Source: Chthoniobacterales bacterium (GTDB taxonomy: Bacteria > Verrucomicrobiota > Verrucomicrobiia > Chthoniobacterales > DASVRZ01). Taken from it: 64,000 nt of DNA. The stretch is from the NCBI GenBank assembly GCA_036525185.1, contig DATDAW010000002.1, positions 72,856 through 136,855 on the forward strand, given 5' to 3'. Shown here in pieces: positions 44,744 to 54,857 of this stretch (positions within the stretch are counted from its first letter, which is position 1; each line of letters opens with the position of its first letter). The notes beneath the pieces are model-generated. The model did no database searches. It was not told the DNA's origin and worked only from the letters and a program-made list of their open reading frames with translations. The position numbers and the translations under genes were made by a program.

Positions 44744-46083
44744 TGAATGCGCTGACACTTTCTCAGATTGCGGATTTGGCTGAAGGAAAAGTCGTTTCGG
44801 GCGATCCGGAGACCGTCGTTTCGCGCGTTGTAACGGACAGCCGCAAGGTCATGCCGGGCGACTTGTTTGTCGCTTTGCGAGGAGAGCAACATGATGCCCA
44901 CAACTTTGTTGCGAACCTGGCGGTCCCCGCACTGGTGGATCGCCTGCCGGCATATTTTGCACCCGGCGCCGTCCTCGTTGAGGATACATCGCAGGGGCTG
45001 CAGACGCTTGCTCGGAACTACCGCAAGACGTTAGCCGCCAAAATCGTTGCAATCACCGGCAGCAACGGCAAAACGAGCACCAAGGATTTGACCGCTATGG
45101 TTCTAGGCAGCCGTTTGCGGGTCGTGAAGACACAGGGAAACCTGAATAATCACATCGGCCTTCCGCTTTCGGTTTTGAGCATCGATTCCGGACACCAGGC
45201 AGCGATTTTGGAAATGGGGATGAACCATCCGGGCGAAATTGCGCCGCTTGCTGCCATCGCCAGTCCGGACGCGGCAATCATTACTAACATTGGCATCGCC
45301 CACATCGAATTCATGGGCAGCCGCGAAGCCATCGCCCTGGAGAAAGGCATGCTCGCGAGAATGGTCGGCGAACAAGGCACAGTCATTCTGAATGCCGATG
45401 ACGATTTTACGGAATCCATAGCCTGTTACTGCAAAGCGGAGGTGATAACTGCCGGAATCGAAAACGGCCAGATTCGCGCGGAGAATCTAATTCCTTCCCC
45501 CGGCGGATCGCGTTTCCGGATTGACAATATTGACGCATTTCTCCCGGTTCCGGGGCGCCACATGGTTGCGAATGCCGTGCTGGCGGTGGCGGCCGGCGTC
45601 GCGCTGGGTATTCCTTTGCGCGATTGCGTTGCAGCACTGGCGAATGTTCAACTGACGGGAGGCCGCCTACAAGCCAGGGACATAGCGGGCATCCATTTTA
45701 TCGACGACACTTACAACGCGAATCCGGATTCCATGACGGCAGCGCTTACAACGCTTGCCTCGTTGCCGGGCCGCCGCATCGCCGTTCTCGGCCACATGGG
45801 AGAGCTCGGTTCCTTCGCAGTCGAGGGTCATCGCATCGTGGGCAAAGCGGCTGTTATTTCCGGACTTGATTTGCTAATCGTCGTCGGCGAGGCGGCGGAA
45901 TGGATTGCGCGCGAAGCGGACAAAGGCGCGTTCCCCGTGCTCCGCGCGGCGGACACCTCCGAGGCCGCTTTCATGCTCAGCGAGCGTACCCGCGAAGGAG
46001 ACAATATTCTGGTGAAGGGCAGCCGTTCCGCCCGTATGGAGCGCGTCATTGAAAATTTCGAACCACACACGACCGCTCGCTAA
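44743..46083 (+). CDS. murF: UDP-N-acetylmuramoyl-tripeptide--D-alanyl-D-alanine ligase
   Basis: ITGSNGKTSTK, EMGMNHPGEI; 1-nt overlaps on both sides. Confidence 0.9.
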   Translation: MNALTLSQIADLAEGKVVSGDPETVVSRVVTDSRKVMPGDLFVALRGEQHDAHNFVANLAVPALVDRLPAYFAPGAVLVEDTSQGLQTLARNYRKTLAAKIVAITGSNGKTSTKDLTAMVLGSRLRVVKTQGNLNNHIGLPLSVLSIDSGHQAAILEMGMNHPGEIAPLAAIASPDAAIITNIGIAHIEFMGSREAIALEKGMLARMVGEQGTVILNADDDFTESIACYCKAEVITAGIENGQIRAENLIPSPGGSRFRIDNIDAFLPVPGRHMVANAVLAVAAGVALGIPLRDCVAALANVQLTGGRLQARDIAGIHFIDDTYNANPDSMTAALTTLASLPGRRIAVLGHMGELGSFAVEGHRIVGKAAVISGLDLLIVVGEAAEWIAREADKGAFPVLRAADTSEAAFMLSERTREGDNILVKGSRSARMERVIENFEPHTTAR

Positions 46084-47195
46084 TGTTATATTACCTTTCA
46101 AAACTGGGCGACGGCACGACACTGCACGCGGCACTGAATGTTTTTCAGTACATCAGCTTCCGTTCGGCAGCGGCGGCGATCTCCGCGTTTTTGCTCTGTT
46201 TGATCTTCGGAAATCGCGTGATTCGGAAACTGATTTCGTTGAAGATCGGGCAGCCCATTCGCACGAAGGAGGAAGTTCACAAACTCTACGAGCTTCACGG
46301 CGCAAAGAAGGGAACGCCGACCATGGGCGGCGTCCTGATGATGGGCGCTGTGGTGGTGTCCTCGATTCTCTGGGCGCGTCCGGACAATCACTTTGTCTGG
46401 CTGGTGTTGTTTACGGTCGTTTACATGGCAATCATCGGTTTCATTGATGATTATCTCAAGGTAACGAAGAAAAATTCAGGTGGCCTTCCGGGGCGCCTGA
46501 AGTTGATTGCCCAATTCATACTTGCTGCTGTCGTTACTGCCGTTCTTATTATGGACCCGGCGACGAGCGTGCAGGCCAAACAGCTGTATGTCCCTTTTTA
46601 CAAGGAGCCGTTGATTCCGTCATTGGGCATTGCGGGTGCGTTCGTGTTCTACGCGGCGATCATCATGGGTTCGTCGAATGCGGTGAATCTTACCGACGGT
46701 CTCGATGGGCTGGCTACAGGTTGCACGGTCACGACCGCCGTTGCCTATGCCGCGTTGACGTATGCGGCGGGCAATGCGGTCACGGCGAAATATCTGCAGA
46801 TTCCATACAACCTCTTTGCTTCGGAACTGACGGTCACCTGCATGGCGTTGGTCGGAGCCGGACTCGGATTTCTATGGTTTAACTGTCATCCGGCCCGCGT
46901 GTTCATGGGCGACACGGGTTCACTCTCCATTGGGGGAATGCTTGGCGTCGTGGCCATTTGTTGTAAACAGGAACTCCTGTTGATCGTGGTTGGCGGCGTG
47001 TTCGTGATTGAAGCGCTGTCCGTCATCATCCAGGTCATTAGTTTCAAGACAACGGGAAAACGTGTCTTCAAGATGTCGCCGATCCACCACCATTTTGAGC
47101 TGCAAGGCTGGAAGGAGAATACCGTTATTGTCCGGTTCTGGATCGTGTCTCTCATGTTCGCCATGCTCGGCCTGGCGACACTAAAGCTTCGCTAA
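46083..47195 (+). CDS. mraY: phospho-N-acetylmuramoyl-pentapeptide transferase
   Basis: GTPTMGGVLM, NAVNLTDGLDGLA, HHHFEL. Confidence 0.95.
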   Translation: MLYYLSKLGDGTTLHAALNVFQYISFRSAAAAISAFLLCLIFGNRVIRKLISLKIGQPIRTKEEVHKLYELHGAKKGTPTMGGVLMMGAVVVSSILWARPDNHFVWLVLFTVVYMAIIGFIDDYLKVTKKNSGGLPGRLKLIAQFILAAVVTAVLIMDPATSVQAKQLYVPFYKEPLIPSLGIAGAFVFYAAIIMGSSNAVNLTDGLDGLATGCTVTTAVAYAALTYAAGNAVTAKYLQIPYNLFASELTVTCMALVGAGLGFLWFNCHPARVFMGDTGSLSIGGMLGVVAICCKQELLLIVVGGVFVIEALSVIIQVISFKTTGKRVFKMSPIHHHFELQGWKENTVIVRFWIVSLMFAMLGLATLKLR

Positions 47196-47199
47196 GATC

Positions 47200-48540
47200 A
47201 TGAACGTCCGCGCAAAAAATATCGCAGTGTTAGGATTGGGTCGAAGCGGTGAATCCGCTGCCCGGTTTCTGCGTGATCGCGGCGCTGCGGTGACGCTGCT
47301 TGACTCTGGCGTCGGGGAAGGAATTGAGCGGAAAGCCACCGAGCTTTCAAAGGCAGGCTTCAATGTCATCATAGGAACGTCTGCGCTAAATGCGTCGGGA
47401 GTGTTCGACTACGCAATAATCAGCCCCGGCATCGATGCGGGTGAACTTTTCGTAAGGCAATTTTCCGATCGCGGGATTCCGGTGATCGGCGAGCTGGAAC
47501 TGGCGTTCGCATTTAATGATCTGCCCGTGATCGCGATCACGGGAACCAATGGCAAAACGACGACGACTGAACTGGTTGCGGCGATGTTGAACAGTGTCGG
47601 TGTGGAGACGGTCGCTTGCGGGAATATCGGACTCCCATTTACCGAAGTGGTTCACACTCCGCCGGGGGAACTGGATGTGATTACTCTCGAAGTTAGCTCT
47701 TTTCAGTTGGAGACAATCAGGACGTTCCGTCCCAAGGTTGCCCTATGGCTGAATTTGACTCCGGATCATCTGGATCGCTATCCCGGAATGGAGGAATATC
47801 GGGCTGCGAAATTGCGTATTTTTGAGAATCAAGGATCAACAGATTTCGCAGTGGTTAACGCCCAGGATGATCTTCCGCCATTGGCCGCCAAAAAGATCAC
47901 CTTCAGTGCGTTTGCTCAAAACGCGGATTTTACGCTTCGAGACGGCGTTATTTATCATTTGGGAAAACGAGTTGCAGCGGTTTCCTCCTTTCATCTGAGC
48001 GGAGTGCATAACATTGAGAATCTGATGGCCGCATTGGGAGTGGCCGTTGCCATGGACATTCCAGTCGCCGAGGTGCTGCCTGCGTTGCAGGCGTACAGGC
48101 CGGCGCCGCACCGGTGCGAGCTCGTCGCGACCGTGGACGGCGTGGATTATATCAATGATTCCAAGGCGACCAACGTCGATGCGTTGGCGAAAGCGCTCAA
48201 TTCGCAGGGGTCGCCGGTGGTCCTGATCGCGGGAGGCAAAGACAAAGGGTTCCGTTATGCCGACCTGACCGGGCTCGTCGGAACGAAGGTAAAAAGTGCG
48301 ATCCTGATCGGCGAAATGGCCGATCGCATCCGTGAGGACTGGCAGGGGACGGTTGCGTGCGAAGTGGCTGTTTCGCTCGCGGATGCCGTCGCGCGAGCCC
48401 GGAAAGCTGCTGCGCCCGGAGATGTTGTCCTTTTTTCTCCGGGAACATCCTCTTTCGACATGTTTCGTGACTACGCCGACCGCGGCAATCAATTTCGCCA
48501 GTTAGCCAATAATCTATTAACCAAAGAGCAAGCCCAGTGA
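47200..48540 (+). CDS. murD: UDP-N-acetylmuramoylalanine--D-glutamate ligase
   Basis: ITGTNGKTTTTEL, NDSKATN. Confidence 0.9.
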   Translation: MNVRAKNIAVLGLGRSGESAARFLRDRGAAVTLLDSGVGEGIERKATELSKAGFNVIIGTSALNASGVFDYAIISPGIDAGELFVRQFSDRGIPVIGELELAFAFNDLPVIAITGTNGKTTTTELVAAMLNSVGVETVACGNIGLPFTEVVHTPPGELDVITLEVSSFQLETIRTFRPKVALWLNLTPDHLDRYPGMEEYRAAKLRIFENQGSTDFAVVNAQDDLPPLAAKKITFSAFAQNADFTLRDGVIYHLGKRVAAVSSFHLSGVHNIENLMAALGVAVAMDIPVAEVLPALQAYRPAPHRCELVATVDGVDYINDSKATNVDALAKALNSQGSPVVLIAGGKDKGFRYADLTGLVGTKVKSAILIGEMADRIREDWQGTVACEVAVSLADAVARARKAAAPGDVVLFSPGTSSFDMFRDYADRGNQFRQLANNLLTKEQAQ

Positions 48541-49322
48541 CCATGAACCTGAAGAACCTGCAAAACATCATCAAGCGCCGGGGACCCCAGAAGAAGGCGC
48601 AGCCTTCGAACCGGCTCAAAGCTACGGCCCGGCGTGTCGCCAGCCCGGTCGAAGAGAATTACTATGAGGACGACGAGCCGAATGTCCGTCTATCGAGGGC
48701 GTTTCTGGTCGTCATGCTGCTGCACGTCGTAGCTGTAGGCGGCATCTTTCTTTTTAGTTCCTTTAAGAAAGAAGAGACGGCTGGAGTTCCGCCAAAGGAG
48801 GAAAAAACACGAGAAATTACCGCTCGCCCGGAACCGGCTGCGGACAGCCGGGAATACGTCGTTGGCGAAGATGAAACGCTTGGCAGCATCGCTTCTGCAT
48901 TCGGAGTCAGCCGCGCAGATCTGGCCAGCATCAACCAATTGAATCCCGAGGTCACGGTGCATGCGGGAGACAAGTTAACGATTCCGGCCAAGACCACGGT
49001 TAGGACTCAGGATCTTGACGTCAAAAAACTCCTGAGCCAGCCCGCGAAACAGGAGATCGCAAAGACCAGCGTTGCGATGGTGAAACCCGCAGTCGCCGAA
49101 ATACCGAAGACTCAACCCAATCCGGAGCCGGTGCAGAAGGCTGTGCCGCTTGCTCCGGCGGCGACGCATACTTCGGATCGGATTTACGTCGTGCAAAAAG
49201 GCGACAATCCGGTGGGTATCGCGAAGAAACTGAAGGTGAAATATCAAGATTTGATTAGCGCAAACAAGATTACCGATCCGCGCAAGCTGCAGATTGGTCA
49301 GAAATTGGTTGTTCCGGAATAG
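48537..49322 (+). CDS. bitopic membrane protein with two periplasmic LysM domains
   Basis: GTG 48537 overlaps murD TGA (or ATG 48543). TM AFLVVMLLHVVAVGGIFLFSSF. LysM1 YVVGEDETLGSIASAFGVSRADLASINQLN..GDKLTIP; LysM2 YVVQKGDNPVGIAKKLKVKYQDLISANKI..GQKLVVPE. Confidence 0.8.
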   Translation: MTMNLKNLQNIIKRRGPQKKAQPSNRLKATARRVASPVEENYYEDDEPNVRLSRAFLVVMLLHVVAVGGIFLFSSFKKEETAGVPPKEEKTREITARPEPAADSREYVVGEDETLGSIASAFGVSRADLASINQLNPEVTVHAGDKLTIPAKTTVRTQDLDVKKLLSQPAKQEIAKTSVAMVKPAVAEIPKTQPNPEPVQKAVPLAPAATHTSDRIYVVQKGDNPVGIAKKLKVKYQDLISANKITDPRKLQIGQKLVVPE

Positions 49323-49342
49323 ACGTTCGGCGCCGCGCACGC

Positions 49343-50509
49343 ATGAAATCGAAAGGCATCTATCTGATGTTAATTGCAGTCCTGGGGATCATGGCCCTGG
49401 GGCTTGTGATGCTTTCGAGCACTGCTGCGTATGCGCCGGACAGTCACGGAGATTCGACGGTATTTTTGCGCAAACAGGCGACATGGCTGGGAATTGGATT
49501 GATTGTGTGCATCGTCGCTTCACTGCTGGATTATCATTTCTGGCAGAAAACCTGGCCTCTCTGGCTGGGATTGTCGATTGTTCTACTAGCATTATGCTTC
49601 GTGCCGCCGATTGGAATGAAATTGAACGGCTCCCATCGCTGGATCCGCCTTGGCCCCATGGTGTTTCAGCCGTCGGAGCTTGCAAAAATCGGAGCGATTA
49701 CGTTCCTGGCTGCGTGGTTTGCGAAGCATGAGGCTGAGGCTGGGCAATTTTTGAAGGGATTTGTTTATCCTCTCGGAGTGGTTGGAATCATGTTAGTATT
49801 GATCGTCAGGGAAACCGACCTCGGTTCGACGATACTCATCGCAATGACCTCGTTTGCGATCATGTTTGTGGCAGGGACCAGTCCGAAGATCTTGATTCCG
49901 CTGACCATACTGGGGGTTGTCGGAGTCCTTGTTGCTGCCGGGCATATGGAGGAGCGTCAAGGGCGACTGTTAGCGTTCATGGATTTGGAGAAATATAAAG
50001 AGACTGACGGGCTTCAGCAGTGGGCGGGGTTGACGGCCCTCGGCTCAGGGGGTGTCGATGGACTTGGGCTCGGCAATGGGCGGCAGAAACTGCTCTATCT
50101 GCCGTATGCACATACGGATTTCATCCTGCCCGTGATAGGAGAGGAACTGGGTTTGCGCGCGACACTTGCGATTGTGCTTGCGTACGTGGTTATCATTGTG
50201 AGCGGAATCTTCATCTCCATCTGCGCGGCGGATCGCTTCGGGATGTTGCTGGGATTTGGATTCGTGACGGTGCTGGCGTTTCAGGCACTGGTGAACATTG
50301 GCGTGACGACGGCAATGCTGCCGAACAAAGGGCTGCCGCTGCCATTCGTGAGCTACGGCGGGTCGAACCTGGGATTCTGCCTGCTGGCGATTGGCGTCCT
50401 GATCAGCATCCACCGGCAGGCTGTTGAAAAAGAAGAGCTGGTCCCCGCCATGATGCCCCAACCGATGCTCGCGGCGCGAACACGCAGAGCCAAAACGATT
50501 CGAATTTGA
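49343..50509 (+). CDS. ftsW: SEDS-family peptidoglycan glycosyltransferase FtsW
   Basis: 388 aa multi-TM; FQPSELAKI, HTDFI, LPNKGLPLPFVSYGGSN. Confidence 0.9.
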   Translation: MKSKGIYLMLIAVLGIMALGLVMLSSTAAYAPDSHGDSTVFLRKQATWLGIGLIVCIVASLLDYHFWQKTWPLWLGLSIVLLALCFVPPIGMKLNGSHRWIRLGPMVFQPSELAKIGAITFLAAWFAKHEAEAGQFLKGFVYPLGVVGIMLVLIVRETDLGSTILIAMTSFAIMFVAGTSPKILIPLTILGVVGVLVAAGHMEERQGRLLAFMDLEKYKETDGLQQWAGLTALGSGGVDGLGLGNGRQKLLYLPYAHTDFILPVIGEELGLRATLAIVLAYVVIIVSGIFISICAADRFGMLLGFGFVTVLAFQALVNIGVTTAMLPNKGLPLPFVSYGGSNLGFCLLAIGVLISIHRQAVEKEELVPAMMPQPMLAARTRRAKTIRI

Positions 50510-50510
50510 C

Positions 50511-51596
50511 ATGAAAATAGCCATCGCTTGTGGGGGAACCGGAGGGCATTTATTCCCGGGGCTTGCCGTTGCTGACGTGCTTCTGGCGCGTGGGCACGAG
50601 GTGATGGCTTTTATTTCGGAGAAGGAAATCGACGCCCTGGCGACGGCGGGACGGACGGATATCCGGATTGAGAAGCTGCCGTCAATCGGAATGCCAAGCG
50701 CGTTGTCGCCGGCCATTTTTAAGTTTCTGATGCGATTTGTCGGGAGTTATAAGAAGTGTGCAGATTATCTCCAGGCCTTTCGGCCGGATGCCGTGCTGGC
50801 AATGGGCGGATTCACCTCGGCCGCACCCATTCTGGCGGGGAGGAAACGGAGACTGCCGACGTTTATCCACGAATCGAATGCGATTCCGGGCAAGGCCAAT
50901 AAATGGATGGCACGCTTTTGCACAGCGGTTTTCCTGGGGTTTCGGGAATGCGCGTCTTTTTTCCCTGCGTCGAAGTGTGAAGTGACGGGAACGCCCGTTC
51001 GGCGCAGTCTGCTGGCGCCGGTGGATCGCGCGGAGGTCTTTCGCAAATTTGGGCTTCGCGAAGGTGTGACGACCCTTCTCATCATGGGCGGCAGCCAGGG
51101 CGCGGTTGGGCTGAATCGCGCGGCTGGCGCAGCGCTTTCAGGGTTTTCCGCACACGAATTGCAGGTGATCCATCTGACGGGAAAACAGGGGGAGGATACG
51201 GCTCGTGAGGAATATGTGAAACAGGGGCGTGCGGCATATGTGGCTGCGTTTCATCACGAGATGCAGGAGGCGTATTCCATCGCCGATCTGGCGATATCGC
51301 GCTCCGGCGCGGCGAGTTTGACGGAGTTGTCATATTTCGGACTGCCGTCTGTGCTCATTCCCTATCCGTACGCGGCGGAGGATCACCAGACATTCAACGC
51401 CCAGATTTTCGTGAAAGCGGGAGCCGCGCTGCTTTGCAGGGAGGAAAACGCCATTGCTGGCGACCTTGCGGAAATTCTGCGCGAATTGCTTTCCAAACCG
51501 GAACTGATCCAGACGATGGCAGAGAAATCAAGGGGCCTCTCAACCCGTGATGCTGCGGCCTCTGTGGTTGATTTGATCGAACGTTATCACGCATGA
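50511..51596 (+). CDS. murG: undecaprenyldiphospho-muramoylpentapeptide beta-N-acetylglucosaminyltransferase
   Basis: ACGGTGGHLFPGLAVA, RSGAASLTEL. Confidence 0.9.
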   Translation: MKIAIACGGTGGHLFPGLAVADVLLARGHEVMAFISEKEIDALATAGRTDIRIEKLPSIGMPSALSPAIFKFLMRFVGSYKKCADYLQAFRPDAVLAMGGFTSAAPILAGRKRRLPTFIHESNAIPGKANKWMARFCTAVFLGFRECASFFPASKCEVTGTPVRRSLLAPVDRAEVFRKFGLREGVTTLLIMGGSQGAVGLNRAAGAALSGFSAHELQVIHLTGKQGEDTAREEYVKQGRAAYVAAFHHEMQEAYSIADLAISRSGAASLTELSYFGLPSVLIPYPYAAEDHQTFNAQIFVKAGAALLCREENAIAGDLAEILRELLSKPELIQTMAEKSRGLSTRDAAASVVDLIERYHA

Positions 51597-53914
51597 TCGC
51601 CCTCGAAAAACCACCCATGCTTGATCAAAATCTCCTGACCGCCATTCTCACCGGCGTGCCGAGGCGCATTCATTTGTTGGGCGTTGCTGGCTCGGGAATG
51701 AGTGGCATTGCCGGCCTGCTTCTCGCGCTGGGACATCATGTGAGCGGTTGCGACCGCGCCACCACCCTCGAAGTTGAACGCCTCATTGGCCTGGGTCTGC
51801 AATTTTCTTTGCAGCAGACGGCGCACTCGGTGAAGGACGCTGAATTTGTCGTCTATTCCTCGGCGATTAAACCGGGAAATCCGGCATACGATGAGGCGGT
51901 GCGGCTCTGTTTGCCGCTCATTCGGCGTGCAGAGGCTTTGAGCGCGATTCTGTATGCGAAGAAAGGGATTGTAGTCGCCGGAATGCATGGGAAAACGACC
52001 ACTTCGTCCATGGCGGCTCATGTGTTGCGTGTCGGCGGTTTGCACCCCTCGCATTACGTCGGAGCTGAAATTCCCATTCTGGGAACGAACGCGCATTGGG
52101 ATGCAAAGGGTGATTATTTTGTCGCGGAAGGCGATGAAAGCGACGGGACGCTGGTGAATTATCAGCCAGAGCACGCAATCATCCTGAACATCGAAGAGGA
52201 GCATCTCGATTTTTACAAAGACCTAGCGCAGATCGAGGCGGTCTTTGAGCAATTTCTACGACACACCCGAGGAGCGGTGGTCTACTGCGCGGATGACGCG
52301 AACACGGCGCGGCTTTGCGGGTCGCGGCCCGGGGCCATTGCGTACGGCCAGAATGGGAGCAGCTTCTATCGTTACCGAATTTTGGGGACGGGAAATTTCC
52401 AAACCACGTTCGACGTTGAGAGGGCCGGAGAAAAGATCGGCGAATTCGTCCTGAATATCCCCGGCGCGCACAATGTAAGCAACGCGGCAGGTGTCATCGC
52501 CCTGGCGCATACGCTCGGTGTTGACGCAGCAAAGATTCGCGAGGGGCTGGAGAGTTTCCGCGGCGCGAAGCGGCGTTTTGAAGTGAAGTACACGGGGCGC
52601 GGTGCGAAGGTCGTGGACGATTACGGGCATCACCCCACCGAGATCAAAGCGACTCTGGCGACAGCGCGTTCGCAGGGTGCAAAACGGCTGGTGGTGATGT
52701 TCCAGCCGCATCGTTACACGCGGACGCAGGCGTTAAAGGATCAATTTGGCGAGGCGCTTAGCGCTGCCGATGTGGTGTATGTGACGGATGTTTATCCGGC
52801 GAGTGAAAGACCGATTCCTGGCGTGACCGGCCAGACCATCGTTGACGCGGCGAAATCGTGCGGAATGACGCAGATTTATTACCGCCCCAAAATGAAGGGC
52901 TTGTGGAAGAAAATAGCCGCGATTTTGAAACCAGGCGATTTGGTTTTAAGCCTCGGGGCGGGGGATATCCACGAGCAATCGACAGCGCTGGTCGAGCAAC
53001 TTCAGCGGGTCACAGCGATCGAGGCCATTACTGGGGAGGGAACGGTGCGGATTTTCGAACCCATGTCGCGCCACACGACCCTGCGAGTGGGCGGACCCGC
53101 GGAGTTCTGGGTCGAGCCAAAGACGGAAGCCACTTTCGCCGCGCTGGTGAGATATGCGGCCGTTGAGGAATTGCCATTCATGGTCGTCGGCCGCGGATCG
53201 AATTTGCTGGTGCAGGACGGCGGCATTCCGGGAATCGTTGCGCACATTTCGGAAGGAGAATTCGCGCGCCTGGAAATCGATGGTCTCGAAATCCGAGCTG
53301 GCGCTGGTGTGAAAATGAAACAGGTTTCCGCGGCGGCGAAGAATGCGGGAATTGCTGGTTTTGAATGGATGGACGGTATTCCTGGCAATGTCGGTGGCAG
53401 TTTGCGGATGAACGCCGGCGCGATGGGCGGCGACACGTTTTCGCACGTGGTCAGTTTTCGTTACGTCGATCGCCGTGGCGGTATCCACGACGCGAAACCG
53501 ACAGACATCGATGTGCGGTATCGGAGCGTGCCGATGCTTGCGATGAATTACGCGATTTCAGCGGTTTTCCGCGGTGAACCGGGGGATCCGTCAACTATTG
53601 ATCGGTTGCGCCAGGAATCGCTCGACAAACGCAAAACGACTCAGCCCGTCGCGGCGAGCGCGGGGTGTATTTTCAAGAACCCTGCGGAATGTGCCGCAGG
53701 AAAACTCGTCCAGGAACTCGGACTCAAGAATCTTTCTGTCGGCAAGGCGCGTGTGTCCGAAGTTCATGGGAATTTTATCGTCAATGATGGCGGAGCGACC
53801 GCTGTTGAGGTGCTCGCCCTGGTCCGCCGAATTCAGGAGATCGCTCAAACCCAGCGGGGCATCCGCCTGGACACAGAAGTCCAAATCGTTGGTGAACCCG
53901 CCACAACCATTTGA
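51593..53914 (+). CDS. murC: bifunctional UDP-N-acetylmuramate--L-alanine ligase / UDP-N-acetylenolpyruvoylglucosamine reductase (MurC-MurB fusion)
   Basis: Single 773-codon ORF. MurC part to about aa 470 (GVAGSGMSGIAGLL, GMHGKTTTSSM, DDYGHHPTE). MurB part from about nt 53040 (RHTTLRVGGPAEFWVEP, VVGRGSNLLV, SAGCIFKNP). Confidence 0.9.
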   Translation: MIALEKPPMLDQNLLTAILTGVPRRIHLLGVAGSGMSGIAGLLLALGHHVSGCDRATTLEVERLIGLGLQFSLQQTAHSVKDAEFVVYSSAIKPGNPAYDEAVRLCLPLIRRAEALSAILYAKKGIVVAGMHGKTTTSSMAAHVLRVGGLHPSHYVGAEIPILGTNAHWDAKGDYFVAEGDESDGTLVNYQPEHAIILNIEEEHLDFYKDLAQIEAVFEQFLRHTRGAVVYCADDANTARLCGSRPGAIAYGQNGSSFYRYRILGTGNFQTTFDVERAGEKIGEFVLNIPGAHNVSNAAGVIALAHTLGVDAAKIREGLESFRGAKRRFEVKYTGRGAKVVDDYGHHPTEIKATLATARSQGAKRLVVMFQPHRYTRTQALKDQFGEALSAADVVYVTDVYPASERPIPGVTGQTIVDAAKSCGMTQIYYRPKMKGLWKKIAAILKPGDLVLSLGAGDIHEQSTALVEQLQRVTAIEAITGEGTVRIFEPMSRHTTLRVGGPAEFWVEPKTEATFAALVRYAAVEELPFMVVGRGSNLLVQDGGIPGIVAHISEGEFARLEIDGLEIRAGAGVKMKQVSAAAKNAGIAGFEWMDGIPGNVGGSLRMNAGAMGGDTFSHVVSFRYVDRRGGIHDAKPTDIDVRYRSVPMLAMNYAISAVFRGEPGDPSTIDRLRQESLDKRKTTQPVAASAGCIFKNPAECAAGKLVQELGLKNLSVGKARVSEVHGNFIVNDGGATAVEVLALVRRIQEIAQTQRGIRLDTEVQIVGEPATTI

Positions 53915-53933
53915 TTTATAGCCTCTTACAGAA

Positions 53934-54857
53934 ATGAATATCGCTGTCTTACTCGGAGGACCAGGATCGGAACGCGAGGTTTCGCTACGTTCCGGTAAAG
54001 CTGTTGCCGCCGCCTTGCGCGGGGCCGGACACGCAGTCTCCGAGCACGACTTGCGCGATGGGGATTTTGCGTTGCCCACAGATATCGACATCGCGTTCAA
54101 CCTTATCCACGGTACGTTCGGCGAGGATGGGCAACTTCAATCCATCCTGGAAAAACGCGGCATTCCGTTTACTGGCGACCCTGCGCCGGCGCACAGGCTG
54201 GCATTCGACAAAATCCTGTCCAAACGTGCTTTCACTGCCGCCAGCGTTCCCACGCCGGATTACGAAGTGCTTGCGCCAGGCAAAAAGCCATCACTTCCGT
54301 TGCCGCTCGTCGTCAAAGCACCGTGCCAGGGTTCCAGCGTCGGTGTTTACCTCTGCAAGACGCAACAGGAACTCGATTCCGCGCTGACGAAGGTCCTCGA
54401 TTACACCGATGAGATCCTGGTGGAAAAACTGATTACCGGGGACGAACTCACCGTTGGAGTTGTCGGCGATCTCGCGCTGCCAATCATTTTGATTTGCCCG
54501 CCGAAAGACGGGTTTTACGATTTCAAGAACAAGTATCCGTGGTTGAATCCGGGTGGACAGGCCGATCATTTTTGTCCGGCGCCGTTGTCGCCGGAAGTTA
54601 CGAAAAAAGTCCAGCAAGTTGCGGTCGCCGCGCATAAATCTCTCGGACTGAAGGTCTACAGCCGCGTCGATGTGCTTCTCCCTGCGAACGCCGAGCCTTC
54701 CATTCTCGAGGTGAACACCGTACCGGGTATGACTGAATCCAGCCTTTTGCCCGAAGCCGCCGCCGTGGCCGGCATTCCGATGGCGGAGCTCTGCGAACGC
54801 ATCATCTCACTTTCAACAACGGTTCATCACCTTAACGGAAAGGAGGTTTCGCCATGA
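53934..54857 (+). CDS. ddl: D-alanine--D-alanine ligase
   Basis: HGTFGEDGQLQSILE, VVKAPCQGSSVGV, ATP-grasp length. Confidence 0.9.
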   Translation: MNIAVLLGGPGSEREVSLRSGKAVAAALRGAGHAVSEHDLRDGDFALPTDIDIAFNLIHGTFGEDGQLQSILEKRGIPFTGDPAPAHRLAFDKILSKRAFTAASVPTPDYEVLAPGKKPSLPLPLVVKAPCQGSSVGVYLCKTQQELDSALTKVLDYTDEILVEKLITGDELTVGVVGDLALPIILICPPKDGFYDFKNKYPWLNPGGQADHFCPAPLSPEVTKKVQQVAVAAHKSLGLKVYSRVDVLLPANAEPSILEVNTVPGMTESSLLPEAAAVAGIPMAELCERIISLSTTVHHLNGKEVSP

